DNA of 64,000 bases from Candidatus Bathyarchaeota archaeon (lineage in GTDB: Archaea > Thermoproteota > Bathyarchaeia > Bathyarchaeales > Bathycorpusculaceae), in NCBI GenBank assembly GCA_963828195.1, contig CAWHDT010000007.1, forward strand, positions 256,001-320,000, given 5' to 3'. The position numbers and the translations under genes are program-made. Positions 20,745 through 30,158 of this stretch are shown one piece after another. Every line of letters begins with the position of its first letter. Position 1 is the first letter of the stretch. Below the pieces are notes generated by a model that was given only the letters and a program-made list of their open reading frames with translations, was not told the origin of the DNA and searched no databases.

Positions 20745-21529
20745 GTGTTTTTGACGGCTTAAAGTTCAGAAAGGTTTCCTCGCCAATCCACAATTTGGAT
20801 CCAAGGGTAAAATTCGCCTACGTCATCTCCATCTTTGTAGTCGCCATCCTTTTCTACCAGATCATTCCGCTGCTTATTCTGTTTCTTCTGCAGATTCCCT
20901 TTGTGCTGTTGGCTCGTGTGCAGAGGCAGTGGCTGCGTTCGCTTCGAGGAGCCGCTTTTTTGGCAGCGGTCATCTTTGTAGTTAACGTCGGCACGGATTA
21001 TTTTACTTCGGGCTACAGGTTAACTGCTCCTAACATCGAGGGCGCTGTCGGTTTGACTTTGCGTTTTGTGGTGCTTGTTGAGTCTTTCTCAGTGTTCTTT
21101 TTGACGACTTCGCCTGACCACCTGGGGTTAGCGTTGGAGGAATCGCATGTGCCATACGAGTTCGCTTTCGCCTTCACCACCGCAGTGCGTTTCGTTCCTG
21201 TTCTGGCGGAGGAAGCCCAAACAATAATGGATGCGCAGAAAGCCAGAGGATTAGAGCTGGAAAAAGGCGGTTTCCTAAAGAAAATCAGAAATTACGTCCC
21301 CGTGCTTATACCACTCATTGTTAGCGCCATCCGAAGAAGCCTAGAGCTGGCTGAGGCAATGGAGTCACGGGCTTGGGGAGCCACAAAAAAACGCACCAAC
21401 CTGTACGCTCTAAAACTACACAAAGGAGACTACGCTCTTATTGCAATCACTGTCGGAATCATAGTCATATCCGTTTATGTCCGCTTGTATGTGCCGATTC
21501 CAACAATAGTTCACCTGCTGCAACATTAA
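20741..21529 (+). CDS. ecfT: ECF transporter transmembrane T component
   Basis: LDPRVK, AQKARG and AMESRA coupling motifs. Confidence 0.93.
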   Translation: MSVFDGLKFRKVSSPIHNLDPRVKFAYVISIFVVAILFYQIIPLLILFLLQIPFVLLARVQRQWLRSLRGAAFLAAVIFVVNVGTDYFTSGYRLTAPNIEGAVGLTLRFVVLVESFSVFFLTTSPDHLGLALEESHVPYEFAFAFTTAVRFVPVLAEEAQTIMDAQKARGLELEKGGFLKKIRNYVPVLIPLIVSAIRRSLELAEAMESRAWGATKKRTNLYALKLHKGDYALIAITVGIIVISVYVRLYVPIPTIVHLLQH

Positions 21530-21608
21530 AGTCACTGTTTATGCTGCCGGAACGCAGAGTACAAATTAGGTTTTTGGCGCGGTAGCACTTTTTGACTGGC
21601 TTTTTTAC

Positions 21609-21869
21609 CAATTTCAAATTTTGAAAGAACAACAACACCCGGAAAACAACTGTTGTTCTTCTCGGCGATCAATATTTTTAAAAGAAGAAGAAGCTGATGA
21701 AAACAATTTTTCTTCTTCTTCTTCTGCAGGCCATATTTAATGCATTTTTTTGGAGTAAATACTAGACCCCTCATAGGGTAGGTCTATAGGTAGGGGTGTT
21801 TGGGTGTCCGCTACAGTCTATCCTCCGGTCTGCTAGATGCGTCTATTAGATGCCAAACATGATTCAACA
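21609..21869 (+). repeat. Dispersed repeat family B, copy 2 (blocks 1+2+3, most complete)
   Basis: Same two hairpins as copy 1. Block 2 is TAAATACTAGACCCCTCATAGGGTAGGTCTATAGGTAGG. Block 3 is GGTCTGCTAGATGCGTCTATTAGATGCCAAACATGATTCA at 21827. Confidence 0.85.
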
Positions 21870-22066
21870 TGGCGCTGCATCGAATAGGAGCCGCGCACTT
21901 TCAACATGAAACGGCGCTTTTTGTCTGCAGAACCCCTTATTTTTGATTGTCTATTCGGTGCTGAAACACTGAAAGTCAAAGACGGCACAACCTCTTTTAC
22001 AATGCTTTCATTTGTAATGGCAATATATTTTAATGTTGACCATAGATAATCAACTAATGTGGATGA

Positions 22067-22303
22067 GTGAGTTGCATGGAAGAAGTTTCGGATAGAATTG
22101 TCATAGACTGTGAAATTCTAGCTGGGAAACCAGTGATTAAGGGGACGCGTATTCCAGTTTACCTCATCATTGAACTTCTTGGCAACGGTTTATCTGAAAT
22201 TGAAGTGCTTAGGCAATACCCGACGCTTAAAAGGGAGGATATCAAAGCAGCACTTCTTTACGCTTCGAAGTGCGTTGAGAACGAAGAAACAATTACCCTC
22301 TAA
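22067..22303 (+). CDS. DUF433 antitoxin
   Basis: GKPVIKGTRIPV and YPTL..EDIKAAL.YA motifs. Confidence 0.92.
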   Translation: MSCMEEVSDRIVIDCEILAGKPVIKGTRIPVYLIIELLGNGLSEIEVLRQYPTLKREDIKAALLYASKCVENEETITL

Positions 22304-22320
22304 AAGAGCCTGCTTAACGC

Positions 22321-22677
22321 TTGCCTCGAATAATAATTGATGAGAACATCCCAAGAGACGCCAAAGAATGGCTCACAAAAAAAGGCTTTGATACAATAGG
22401 CGTTTCTCAAACTCATCTTAAAAGCGCCAAAGACTATTTCATAGCACAATACGCCGCACAAAACGACCTGACACTCCTCACTCTGGACAAAAACTTCTCT
22501 CAAATCTACCGCACTTTTAAAAAAGACCAAATAACCATTATAATCATAAAAGCAAGCCCAGCTACCCCCAGCAACATCATAGAAGCCCTAAATGCCGCCC
22601 AACAAAAAATAAATCTGAAAGAAGCAAAAAACAAGTTAATCATTATCAGTAAAAAGAAAATCAGAATAATTAGTTAA
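22321..22677 (+). CDS. DUF5615 PIN-like toxin
   Basis: IIIDENIP and LLTLDKNF motifs. Paired with DUF433. Confidence 0.85.
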   Translation: MPRIIIDENIPRDAKEWLTKKGFDTIGVSQTHLKSAKDYFIAQYAAQNDLTLLTLDKNFSQIYRTFKKDQITIIIIKASPATPSNIIEALNAAQQKINLKEAKNKLIIISKKKIRIIS

Positions 22678-22729
22678 CCTAAGGATGAATCCTTAATAGC
22701 AAACCAACTTGAAGACAAGGCAAAAATTG

Positions 22730-23602
22730 ATGGCTGAGCACACGCGTTTTGGTCCAGCAGGGGTTCCGCCGATGTTCAGGCTTATGGGAGCAGACTTGCC
22801 CGATGTCCCTCGGCTGCTGCGTGAGGAAGGCTTGGATGCCTTGGAGTACGAGGCAGTCCGTTGGGGTCCAAAGCCGCAGATCAGGCAGGAACTTGCGGAA
22901 AAGCTCGGTGCGGCGGCGAGGGAAAATGATGTACGCCTCAGCCTTCATGGATCTTACTTCATTAACCTGTCAGGCAAAAAAGACGTCGTAGAAGCAAGCA
23001 AACGGCGTCTAATTGCGTCAGCCACCGCGGCGGACTGGATGGGAGCCTACGTCATGGTGTTCCACACGGGGTTTTACGGGCGCTTGGACAAAGAGTTTGC
23101 CTTCAAAACCTGTCTAAACGCCTTAAAAGAAGTTAACGCGGAAATGAGGAGCCTGGGGCTCAAAGTGAAGCTTGGACCCGAAACGATGGGAAGAAAATTT
23201 CAGGTCGGCAGCCTCGACGAGATACTAACGCTTAACCAAGAAATCGAAGACACCCAGCTGGTCGTTGACTGGGCACACCTCTACGCCCTGCATCAAGGAG
23301 CCTTAAAGAAAACCGAAGACTTCAGGGCAATCGCCGAAAAAATCGAGCAGAGACTCGGCACAGAAGCAATGCGAAGCATGCACTGTCACTTCTCAAAAAT
23401 CGAGTTCAACGCCCAAGGCGAAAAAAAACACCACCCCCTCGACGAAGAAAAATATGGACCAGACTTCCGCATGCTATCCGAAGTCATCGCAGACTTCCAA
23501 ATGCATCCCACTATGATATGCGAATCCCCGCTTTTAGATGTTGACGCAAGAAAAATGAAAGAAATACTGCAAGAGATTCTTGGGAAAAACAATAAAGGCT
23601 GA
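22730..23602 (+). CDS. Endonuclease IV-like TIM-barrel protein
   Basis: RFGPAG, SLHGSYFINL, PETMG, DWAH, HCHFS and ICESP motifs. Confidence 0.9.
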   Translation: MAEHTRFGPAGVPPMFRLMGADLPDVPRLLREEGLDALEYEAVRWGPKPQIRQELAEKLGAAARENDVRLSLHGSYFINLSGKKDVVEASKRRLIASATAADWMGAYVMVFHTGFYGRLDKEFAFKTCLNALKEVNAEMRSLGLKVKLGPETMGRKFQVGSLDEILTLNQEIEDTQLVVDWAHLYALHQGALKKTEDFRAIAEKIEQRLGTEAMRSMHCHFSKIEFNAQGEKKHHPLDEEKYGPDFRMLSEVIADFQMHPTMICESPLLDVDARKMKEILQEILGKNNKG

Positions 23603-23675
23603 AAAAGCTTTAGGGCTGTCTTGATAAAATTTTTAGTCAAAAAACCTAAAATCCTTCATAATTTATGCTATTGCC

Positions 23676-24413
23676 ATGGTTGCAGGAATTAATTCGCTAC
23701 ATCGCATATTGAAGGACGAGACAAGAAGAAAAATTATATCGGTGCTAAACGAAAAAGGTAGTTTAAGTTACACCGATTTAATGAGTAATTTAGGCATCCC
23801 CAATACTGGAAAATTAAATTACCACTTGAAAGTTCTTAACGGTCTGTTAATGAAAACAGAAGATGGAAAATATGTTTTAACCGAGAAAGGTTTTCTTGCG
23901 TCGCGTTTACTTCAGGAGTTTGATGAAAAGAAAAGCGAGTCTGAAATTGAAGCTTCTTTCCCAAAGGCATTTTACATCGTGGCATTTTTGTTTGCCGCGG
24001 TTTTCATTATCACATCGTTCGCGTCTTATATTACAGGTACGATCGATTTCAACCTGTTTCTTATGTATATCGTAATAGCAATTGTAGGAGTCATTTTTGT
24101 TTTTGTCGCTGAAAAAGCACGGGTTAAAAGAGCAGCTTGGATGCCTAAGCGTCAGATGCTTGGAGCGGAAATTACTTTCATTACAGTCGGCGCTTTGGCT
24201 GGGGCAATTGCTTGTTTCTTTGGCGTCGGTTTACTTTTGGTAGGTATAAATGGCGCCGGCGTTCCTGTTAGACTGGTGGGCTTTATTACTTTTAACACGT
24301 TTATTGCTATCAGCTTCAGTTTGGGTGCAATAGTAGGCGCATTATTGGGGTACTGGTTTTACAAGAAAAGCAAATATTCCAAAATCAGGTATTATGACCC
24401 ATTCGCAGAATAA
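23676..24413 (+). CDS. Winged-HTH protein with C-terminal TM helices
   Basis: LKDETRRKII...GKLNYHLKVL...Y.LTEKG, then four hydrophobic segments. Confidence 0.8.
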   Translation: MVAGINSLHRILKDETRRKIISVLNEKGSLSYTDLMSNLGIPNTGKLNYHLKVLNGLLMKTEDGKYVLTEKGFLASRLLQEFDEKKSESEIEASFPKAFYIVAFLFAAVFIITSFASYITGTIDFNLFLMYIVIAIVGVIFVFVAEKARVKRAAWMPKRQMLGAEITFITVGALAGAIACFFGVGLLLVGINGAGVPVRLVGFITFNTFIAISFSLGAIVGALLGYWFYKKSKYSKIRYYDPFAE

Positions 24414-24428
24414 GGAAGCCTGCTCTAG

Positions 24429-25046
24429 CTATTTTTTGTTTTGTTGAACTATTAAGCGTTCAGCTAGTTGTAGTTCCTGTATTGTGTTGATGTTCACGGC
24501 TAATTCCTCGACGTCGAGTAGGTAGATGTCTTGGTCGAGCCATTCGTCCCCGTAACGTTTGTGCCCATCTATAACGTTGATGCCTACGGGAACCACGTCT
24601 TCTTCATACAGTTTAAACGAGTACTCAACGCACATGCCGAGTTTGGTTTTGGTTTTAAGGGGAACAGCTACGGTTAAAGCGGGTTTGCCGCAGCGCTCGT
24701 ACCGCTCAACGATAGAGTCCACCGCTTGAGCTGTCACGAGCGGAAGGTCTGCTGCGATAGCCAAGAAAACACCGAGTTTCAGGGTTTGCGCTGCGTAGCC
24801 CATGTCGGAAACATAATCTTTCCCAGGCGTTTCAACCACTTTCACTGGGAACTGGCTGAGGAACTTTGCGGTTTTGGGTGTGCAGTTGCTGACCGCTACA
24901 ACGATGGAATCGATTTTCTTGGCGTTCTTTAGCGCTTCAAGCACGTATTCGATAACGGGTTTGCCGCAGACTTTAATCAGCGGCTTCTCCTCCGCGAGTC
25001 GCATGCGTGTTCCTTTTCCGCCAGCCATGACAAGTGCCGTTACCGT
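24429..25046 (-). CDS. cobY: Adenosylcobinamide-phosphate guanylyltransferase CobY (copy 1)
   Basis: MAGGKGTRM..EKPL, ADLP and NINT motifs. The expected start position reads ACG at 25046, and the longer ORF start is a shadow of cobS. Confidence 0.88.
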   Translation of the reverse strand, partial: TVTALVMAGGKGTRMRLAEEKPLIKVCGKPVIEYVLEALKNAKKIDSIVVAVSNCTPKTAKFLSQFPVKVVETPGKDYVSDMGYAAQTLKLGVFLAIAADLPLVTAQAVDSIVERYERCGKPALTVAVPLKTKTKLGMCVEYSFKLYEEDVVPVGINVIDGHKRYGDEWLDQDIYLLDVEELAVNINTIQELQLAERLIVQQNKK

Positions 25047-25810
25047 ATAATCACCGCCAACAAAACAATTATGCACACCATTCTTGTCAACTCGTTGGTG
25101 GCGCCGAAGACGTCGCCTGTTACCCCGTTGAAGTGTCGATGTGCAATCGCAACCATAACTAAACCCGAAATTATCCCCGCTGAAACAACGAAAGCTCCTG
25201 CCCAACCTAACAGAGGGATAGCAACCGCTAAAGAAATCGCTATTGCGGCTATGAGGCGCAGGGTGCCTTTTCTTCCATGCATGGCTTCAAGGAAAGGGGA
25301 GTTCATGCCTTGGTGAACTGATCTTCCAGCCCGCGCCATAACAACCATGGAGAGCTTTGCTGAGGCTTCAACGGCGATGATGCCGCCGATTATCAGTGGG
25401 ATTTTGAATTCTCCGCTGCCTCCGACTTTTCCTATGGCTAAAGAAGTGATCAGCATGGTCATGATGCCTAATGATAAGCCGCCGGCGCCGGTGAACTGGT
25501 CATGCATAACCTCAATTTTGCGTTGGTATGTGCCAAGGACCATAACGCCGTCGCCGAAATCAAGTAACCCGTCGGTGTGATGAAGCCCCGTTATCAGAAG
25601 CAACATGGCTAAGACTAAGCCGCCTACAACTATGCTAGGTATAAACAGGGAAGCGACCCAGCCGAACACGCCTGCTAACAAGCCGATAAACGCGCCGATT
25701 ACAGGAAAAGCCCACATGCCGTTGGCGCAGTCAGTGAGCATGTTTTCATGTGTGGTTCTGCATAAAATTGTAAGGAAGGAACACAGGTTCTTTAACTCTC
25801 TAACAACCAA
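25040..25810 (-). CDS. cobS: Cobalamin synthase CobS (copy 1, canonical)
   Basis: SFLT, GLHHTDGLLDFGDG, MHD..TGAGG and GVTGDVFGA..E motifs. Confidence 0.92.
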   Translation of the reverse strand: MVVRELKNLCSFLTILCRTTHENMLTDCANGMWAFPVIGAFIGLLAGVFGWVASLFIPSIVVGGLVLAMLLLITGLHHTDGLLDFGDGVMVLGTYQRKIEVMHDQFTGAGGLSLGIMTMLITSLAIGKVGGSGEFKIPLIIGGIIAVEASAKLSMVVMARAGRSVHQGMNSPFLEAMHGRKGTLRLIAAIAISLAVAIPLLGWAGAFVVSAGIISGLVMVAIAHRHFNGVTGDVFGATNELTRMVCIIVLLAVIIR

Positions 25811-25817
25811 GCCAAAT

Positions 25818-26918
25818 TCACTTCAAGCCCATCAGCAAAGCATAATTACGCTCTATCTCCTTAAGCAATAAGTCTTTTGTTACTGCACCGCCAAGTTTAG
25901 CCATCGCCGCGATGGAAGCGCCGCCTGCGCCGACGCCTTCCTTCACAAGACCAGTCTCATATGTCCGCAAACCAGAGAAATGTGATGCCCCAAAGTTTAA
26001 GTCGGCGGCTAAAATCGGCACATCGCAGAACTGCGTAACTATGCCTTTTAGGTCAGATGACTTGTCTTTGGCAACCCACCTTGTTGTGCCCACCGCCACG
26101 TTGCAGAGAACATCGGGCTCCAAAGCGTTAATTACGGCTAAGATGGCGCTCATCTGTGTCCCGCCAGCCATCAACACGGGCACCTGCGATGCTGCACCAA
26201 TCACCAGCCCAGAGAAGGCAGCCATCATCGGGTCGCCGACGCATGAAATAGCTTTCGCTGGGTCTTTTGCTAAACTGCCGAAGCTTTCGCCTGCAGCCGC
26301 CAGCCCCGCCTTGACCGTTTCCGCCTTTAAGCTGTGCGGGTTTTCAGGCAGGGTGCTGCTTACTTTACCCTCCGCTTTGACGCCTAAAGCCGACAACACG
26401 CCAAGAGCGGTTGTTGTTCCCCCGGGAATACTCTCGCCTATGACGAGGTAATCAACTGCCTTAGCGAGTTGCTGCCCAGCAATTTTGGCTCTTTCAATAA
26501 CTTCCGAGGCATTGTCAACTGCGTTGCCGCTTCTGATATCTCGTCCGGGGCTTCCGCCGAGGTCTAAAAACGGAATTTGGGGTTTTACTTTTAATCCGCC
26601 GCTGGCAATCAAAACGGGGATATCTGCCAAGCGCAGAGCCGACATAGTTATCAACGCGGGTGTCGGAATGCCGTCGGGAGTGATGGGCACTCCGGCAATG
26701 GATTTGCATTTGCCAAGCAGAAGCAGTTCGGCATCCGCTGGCGGCGTGTAATCGGTGAATTCAGGGTTGGCTCCAGCCGCCGATATGCCGGAGATTTTGC
26801 CGGTTTCAGTGGTCGCAATTGTGCAGATGAAAAGTGGGTTTTTTCCTTCGATTTCTTCGAGAAAAGCTTTCGCTTTAAGCTCGTTATGCGCGATTATAAC
26901 GTCAAATGTCGTGGCCAT
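25818..26918 (-). CDS. cobT: Archaeal CobT (NaMN:base phosphoribosyltransferase, TIGR00303-like)
   Basis: GISAAGA, TPPADAE, GESIPGGTTTA and KEGVGAGG motifs. Confidence 0.92.
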   Translation of the reverse strand: MATTFDVIIAHNELKAKAFLEEIEGKNPLFICTIATTETGKISGISAAGANPEFTDYTPPADAELLLLGKCKSIAGVPITPDGIPTPALITMSALRLADIPVLIASGGLKVKPQIPFLDLGGSPGRDIRSGNAVDNASEVIERAKIAGQQLAKAVDYLVIGESIPGGTTTALGVLSALGVKAEGKVSSTLPENPHSLKAETVKAGLAAAGESFGSLAKDPAKAISCVGDPMMAAFSGLVIGAASQVPVLMAGGTQMSAILAVINALEPDVLCNVAVGTTRWVAKDKSSDLKGIVTQFCDVPILAADLNFGASHFSGLRTYETGLVKEGVGAGGASIAAMAKLGGAVTKDLLLKEIERNYALLMGLK

Positions 26919-26919
26919 T

Positions 26920-27606
26920 CTACGGTTTTACCTTGCCTTTCGGCTTAACTTCGAATTTCTTGATTTCTAAGTACCCGAAGCCGCCGTCAAGCTTATGCTT
27001 TTGCGTTTCAACAATTTCAATCTTCTTCTTAAAAGTCGGCCCGTCTGTCACCACAGTGTGGTATTCGCCGCCTTCTCCGCAAGCGTCAACGTTGCCGAGT
27101 TTTAGGATATCATCGTAAAATTTTCTGTCCAATGTTCGTCCAAGCCAATCTAGGCCTAACAGCTCCAGTTTAGTGCGCACTACGGTTGCTTTGAAACCCG
27201 TTTTTAGGTAGTCAAGGTAAATCTGTTTTGTGTCGCCCATCCAAAGAGGCTTTATCGGGGTTAAACCGACTTCTTTGAGCACTCGGCCAAGCCAGCCCTG
27301 CTCGTGACCCGCCACTTCGTAGATGTCTCCTGTAACTAGGCCTTCAGCGCCTTTTGCTTTGAAGCTGCGCAGTGCCCGTTTGAAATCGTTCTCGTAGGTT
27401 TCAGGCGTAGCTACCTGCTTTACAAGTGGAATTCCAATGGCGTCTGACTGCGCATCAAGTATGCCTACGGGTATCATGTGGAAATTCGATTTGGTTTCGC
27501 TCATCATCATAGTTAAAAGGTTGACAACCTCGTAGCCTTGTTGGGCTGCCAAATAATATGCATAACAACTATCTTTTCCGCCACTCCATGAAGCAACAAC
27601 TTTCAT
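26920..27606 (-). CDS. Diphthine-ammonia ligase (Dph6/MJ0570)-family ATP pyrophosphatase, copy 1
   Basis: SWSGGKDS PP-loop, TGDI, PLW and CGEGGEYHT motifs. First gene of the cobT-cobS-cobY operon. Confidence 0.88.
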   Translation of the reverse strand: MKVVASWSGGKDSCYAYYLAAQQGYEVVNLLTMMMSETKSNFHMIPVGILDAQSDAIGIPLVKQVATPETYENDFKRALRSFKAKGAEGLVTGDIYEVAGHEQGWLGRVLKEVGLTPIKPLWMGDTKQIYLDYLKTGFKATVVRTKLELLGLDWLGRTLDRKFYDDILKLGNVDACGEGGEYHTVVTDGPTFKKKIEIVETQKHKLDGGFGYLEIKKFEVKPKGKVKP

Positions 27607-27951
27607 TCCAATTTTCCTCCCTAAGTCTTTTCACCCACAACCACTTTTTCGGTTTGTTTAGGTTTTAGGTGAACGTGAAATATTTGATTTTCCGAAAAAC
27701 CAGTTTTTTTAGTTGCTGAAACAGGTAACCACAAAAAAGCTATTTTACTTTTCAAACATTCAGATAATTTGACTAGCGGCAACATTTTGAATTGAATAAT
27801 AGGTTTTTTTTGGAAGTTCAGCAAACAATCAACGCCATGTTTTGTTGGTTTATCCAACCTTTTCATATAAGCATTACGGTAATTGTAGCCACATAAAAAT
27901 TTTCACAACCGAAACACCGCCAAACCTTAAACGTTGGCGGCCATTTTCAGT

Positions 27952-28221
27952 TCAGTTTTTGGTTCTTTGAAGTCTGAAAATAAAGAACAAGTTCAACGTT
28001 ATTGCAACCAAGAATACAAACAAGGTAGTATTTGGGTATAGGACCACCGTAATTCCCGGAGAGTTTGATTTCAAAGTGTATTGAATGTTGGATGGAAAAT
28101 TTGTAAATACGGTTTGAGAGTTTAAAGCTGAATATTCAGCCCAATTTAAAAAAACGTACAAAGCGATTAACGCGGCATTTGCTAGAACCATTAGCTTAAG
28201 TTGTCTGGATACTGATTTCAT
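27952..28221 (-). CDS. Small 2-TM membrane protein
   Basis: From ATG 28221, two hydrophobic helices flank a polar loop. Confidence 0.55.
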   Translation of the reverse strand: MKSVSRQLKLMVLANAALIALYVFLNWAEYSALNSQTVFTNFPSNIQYTLKSNSPGITVVLYPNTTLFVFLVAITLNLFFIFRLQRTKN

Positions 28222-28324
28222 TTTGCTTTGGCCTTGTTTATCCGTCGCGGTTCTTTGTTTAAAAGATTTGTGGTATGAAGCGTTGAGCAATGCTTAAAGC
28301 GCACTTCAGAGTTGAAAAATAAGG

Positions 28325-28816
28325 TTGAAATTTATGAGCGAAGAAATGCCCGCGTTACTAGAGTTTCTGGAGCAAAAAGACATATCCCTAAAAAGCCTCA
28401 TTCACTGCGCACTTGAAATGTTTGTGCCTCACCCAGGCGTGGAAACTGAGGAAAAAGCGGTTGAAATGCTAAGAGAAGAATTCCTCGATGTCCTATCAGA
28501 CGTTAACGTTTCTATTCTTGAGGTCGCTGCTTTCCGAGCGCAGGAAGATGCCGAGAAAGGCTTGATTCCTGGGTTGACGCAGGAAAGGTTCAGGGGTAGA
28601 CCGGGGCCAGTCGCTGACGAAGTTTTAGGAATAGCGATCGCGAGCTACATCGGCGGAACCCGGGCAGTTTTCGAGTACGTGCGTTTTGACCAAGCCAAAC
28701 CGGGGATCCTCAAAAGACTCGGGTCAATAACAAACGATGCCATAGGTGCCTTAGTCGCAGGCGTATCGTCAAACGTTTATACACGCGCAACAAAAAACGC
28801 GCAGGCAAAGCCGTAA
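28325..28816 (+). CDS. cobZ: Alpha-ribazole phosphatase CobZ-type (PgpA-like) protein
   Basis: DVNV, VADEVLGIAIASYIGG, FDQAKPGIL motifs and cob-operon context. Confidence 0.8.
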   Translation: MKFMSEEMPALLEFLEQKDISLKSLIHCALEMFVPHPGVETEEKAVEMLREEFLDVLSDVNVSILEVAAFRAQEDAEKGLIPGLTQERFRGRPGPVADEVLGIAIASYIGGTRAVFEYVRFDQAKPGILKRLGSITNDAIGALVAGVSSNVYTRATKNAQAKP

Positions 28817-28958
28817 AAAACTTTTTCCGCCTATTTCTGAGCGGATAGATGTCACAGGTATGGATTAGCAGGCTAGGTTGCACAAATCAATGTTATTTTA
28901 GGTTTTTCCATAAGATTATAATAGTCTTTAGTTGAGGAGTTTAGTTAGTTGGGTTTCC

Positions 28959-30117
28959 ATGGTTCATACACGGCTTTGCATTGTTACTCACACCTTTCTG
29001 CCTCACACCGGCGGAATAGAAAGGGTTGTTTATGAACAGAGTAAGCGGCTGCTGAAGAAAAATTTTGAGCCTCTGGTTGTGACTAACCGAATTGATACAC
29101 CCAAAAACTACGTTGTTGACGGAATCAACGTTGAGTGCTACGAATCGTTAAATACGGGTTTTCGCTTGGGGATACCGTACTCGATTCCGTCGGTGACGAG
29201 TTTTGAAACTTTTCTTAAAGCTGTTAAATCATGCGATATAGTTCATGCGCATGGTCACCCGTACTTGACGTCGCTTGTCGCGGCTAAGCTTGCGAAGAGG
29301 TACAAAAAACCGTTTGTGTTAACGCAGCATAACACCTTCATTGAATACGACAGCTTCTTTGACGATGTAGAACGGTTAAATGACTTAGCCGTTGGAAAGG
29401 AGACGCTCAAAGAAGCCGACAAAATAATCACAGTAAGCAGCGCCACTAAAGATTATGTTTTAAGTTTAGGAGCAAAACCTGAGAAGATTAAGGTTTTACA
29501 TAACGGAGTTGACTTGGTTCGCTTCAGACCTTTGGCTGGAAAAAGAGAGGGAAATGCGCAGAACACTGGGAATCCCCCAAAACGCAATCGTGGTTTTAAC
29601 CGTTAGAAGACTCGTTTACAAAAACGGTATCGACACATTAATCGAAGGGGCAAACATAGCGGTGAAAAAGAACCCAAAAATTGTTTTCCTAGTTGTGGGG
29701 AAAGGACCCGACCTAAACAACGTTCAATTTAGGACACGGCAGCTTGGGATAGAAAACAATTTTAGGCTCACGGGTTTTGTAAAAGACGAAGATTTGCCGT
29801 TTTACTACAACGCAGCAGACTTTTTTGTGCTGCCGTCAAAATCAGGAGAAGGGTTGCCTTTGGTTGCGCTCGAAGCTATGGCTTGCGGACTGCCGGTAAT
29901 AGCGACAAACGTCGGAGGAATAAGGGAAGTTCTGATGGGTGATTATGGAAAATTAGTTCCCTCCAACCAGCCTTGGCTGCTTGCAAAAGCGGTTTTGGAA
30001 TTTTCCGATATGGATTTGTCTTCACGCAGAGTGGAGCTTCGAGCACTTGTGGAGGAAAAGTTTAGCTGGGACAAAAATGTTGAATCGCTCGTGGGGATAT
30101 ACGAAGAACTTATTTAA
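28959..30117 (+). pseudogene. GT4 glycosyltransferase split by a one-base frameshift
   Basis: N-half (GGIE, HAH, HNGVD) and C-half (RRLVYKNG, EGLPLVALEAMACG) join if one G is removed from GAGAGGGAAATG at ~29548-29551. Confidence 0.85.
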
Positions 30118-30158
30118 CTAAGATGTGGAAACAGTATAGCCTTAAGCTGTGAGTTGTC

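Noticed and set aside
19069-21529. ECF module lacking an S component as an anomaly or a cobalt/B12-specific transporter
   Set aside because: Stand-alone shared (group II) energising modules are normal. The substrate cannot be inferred.
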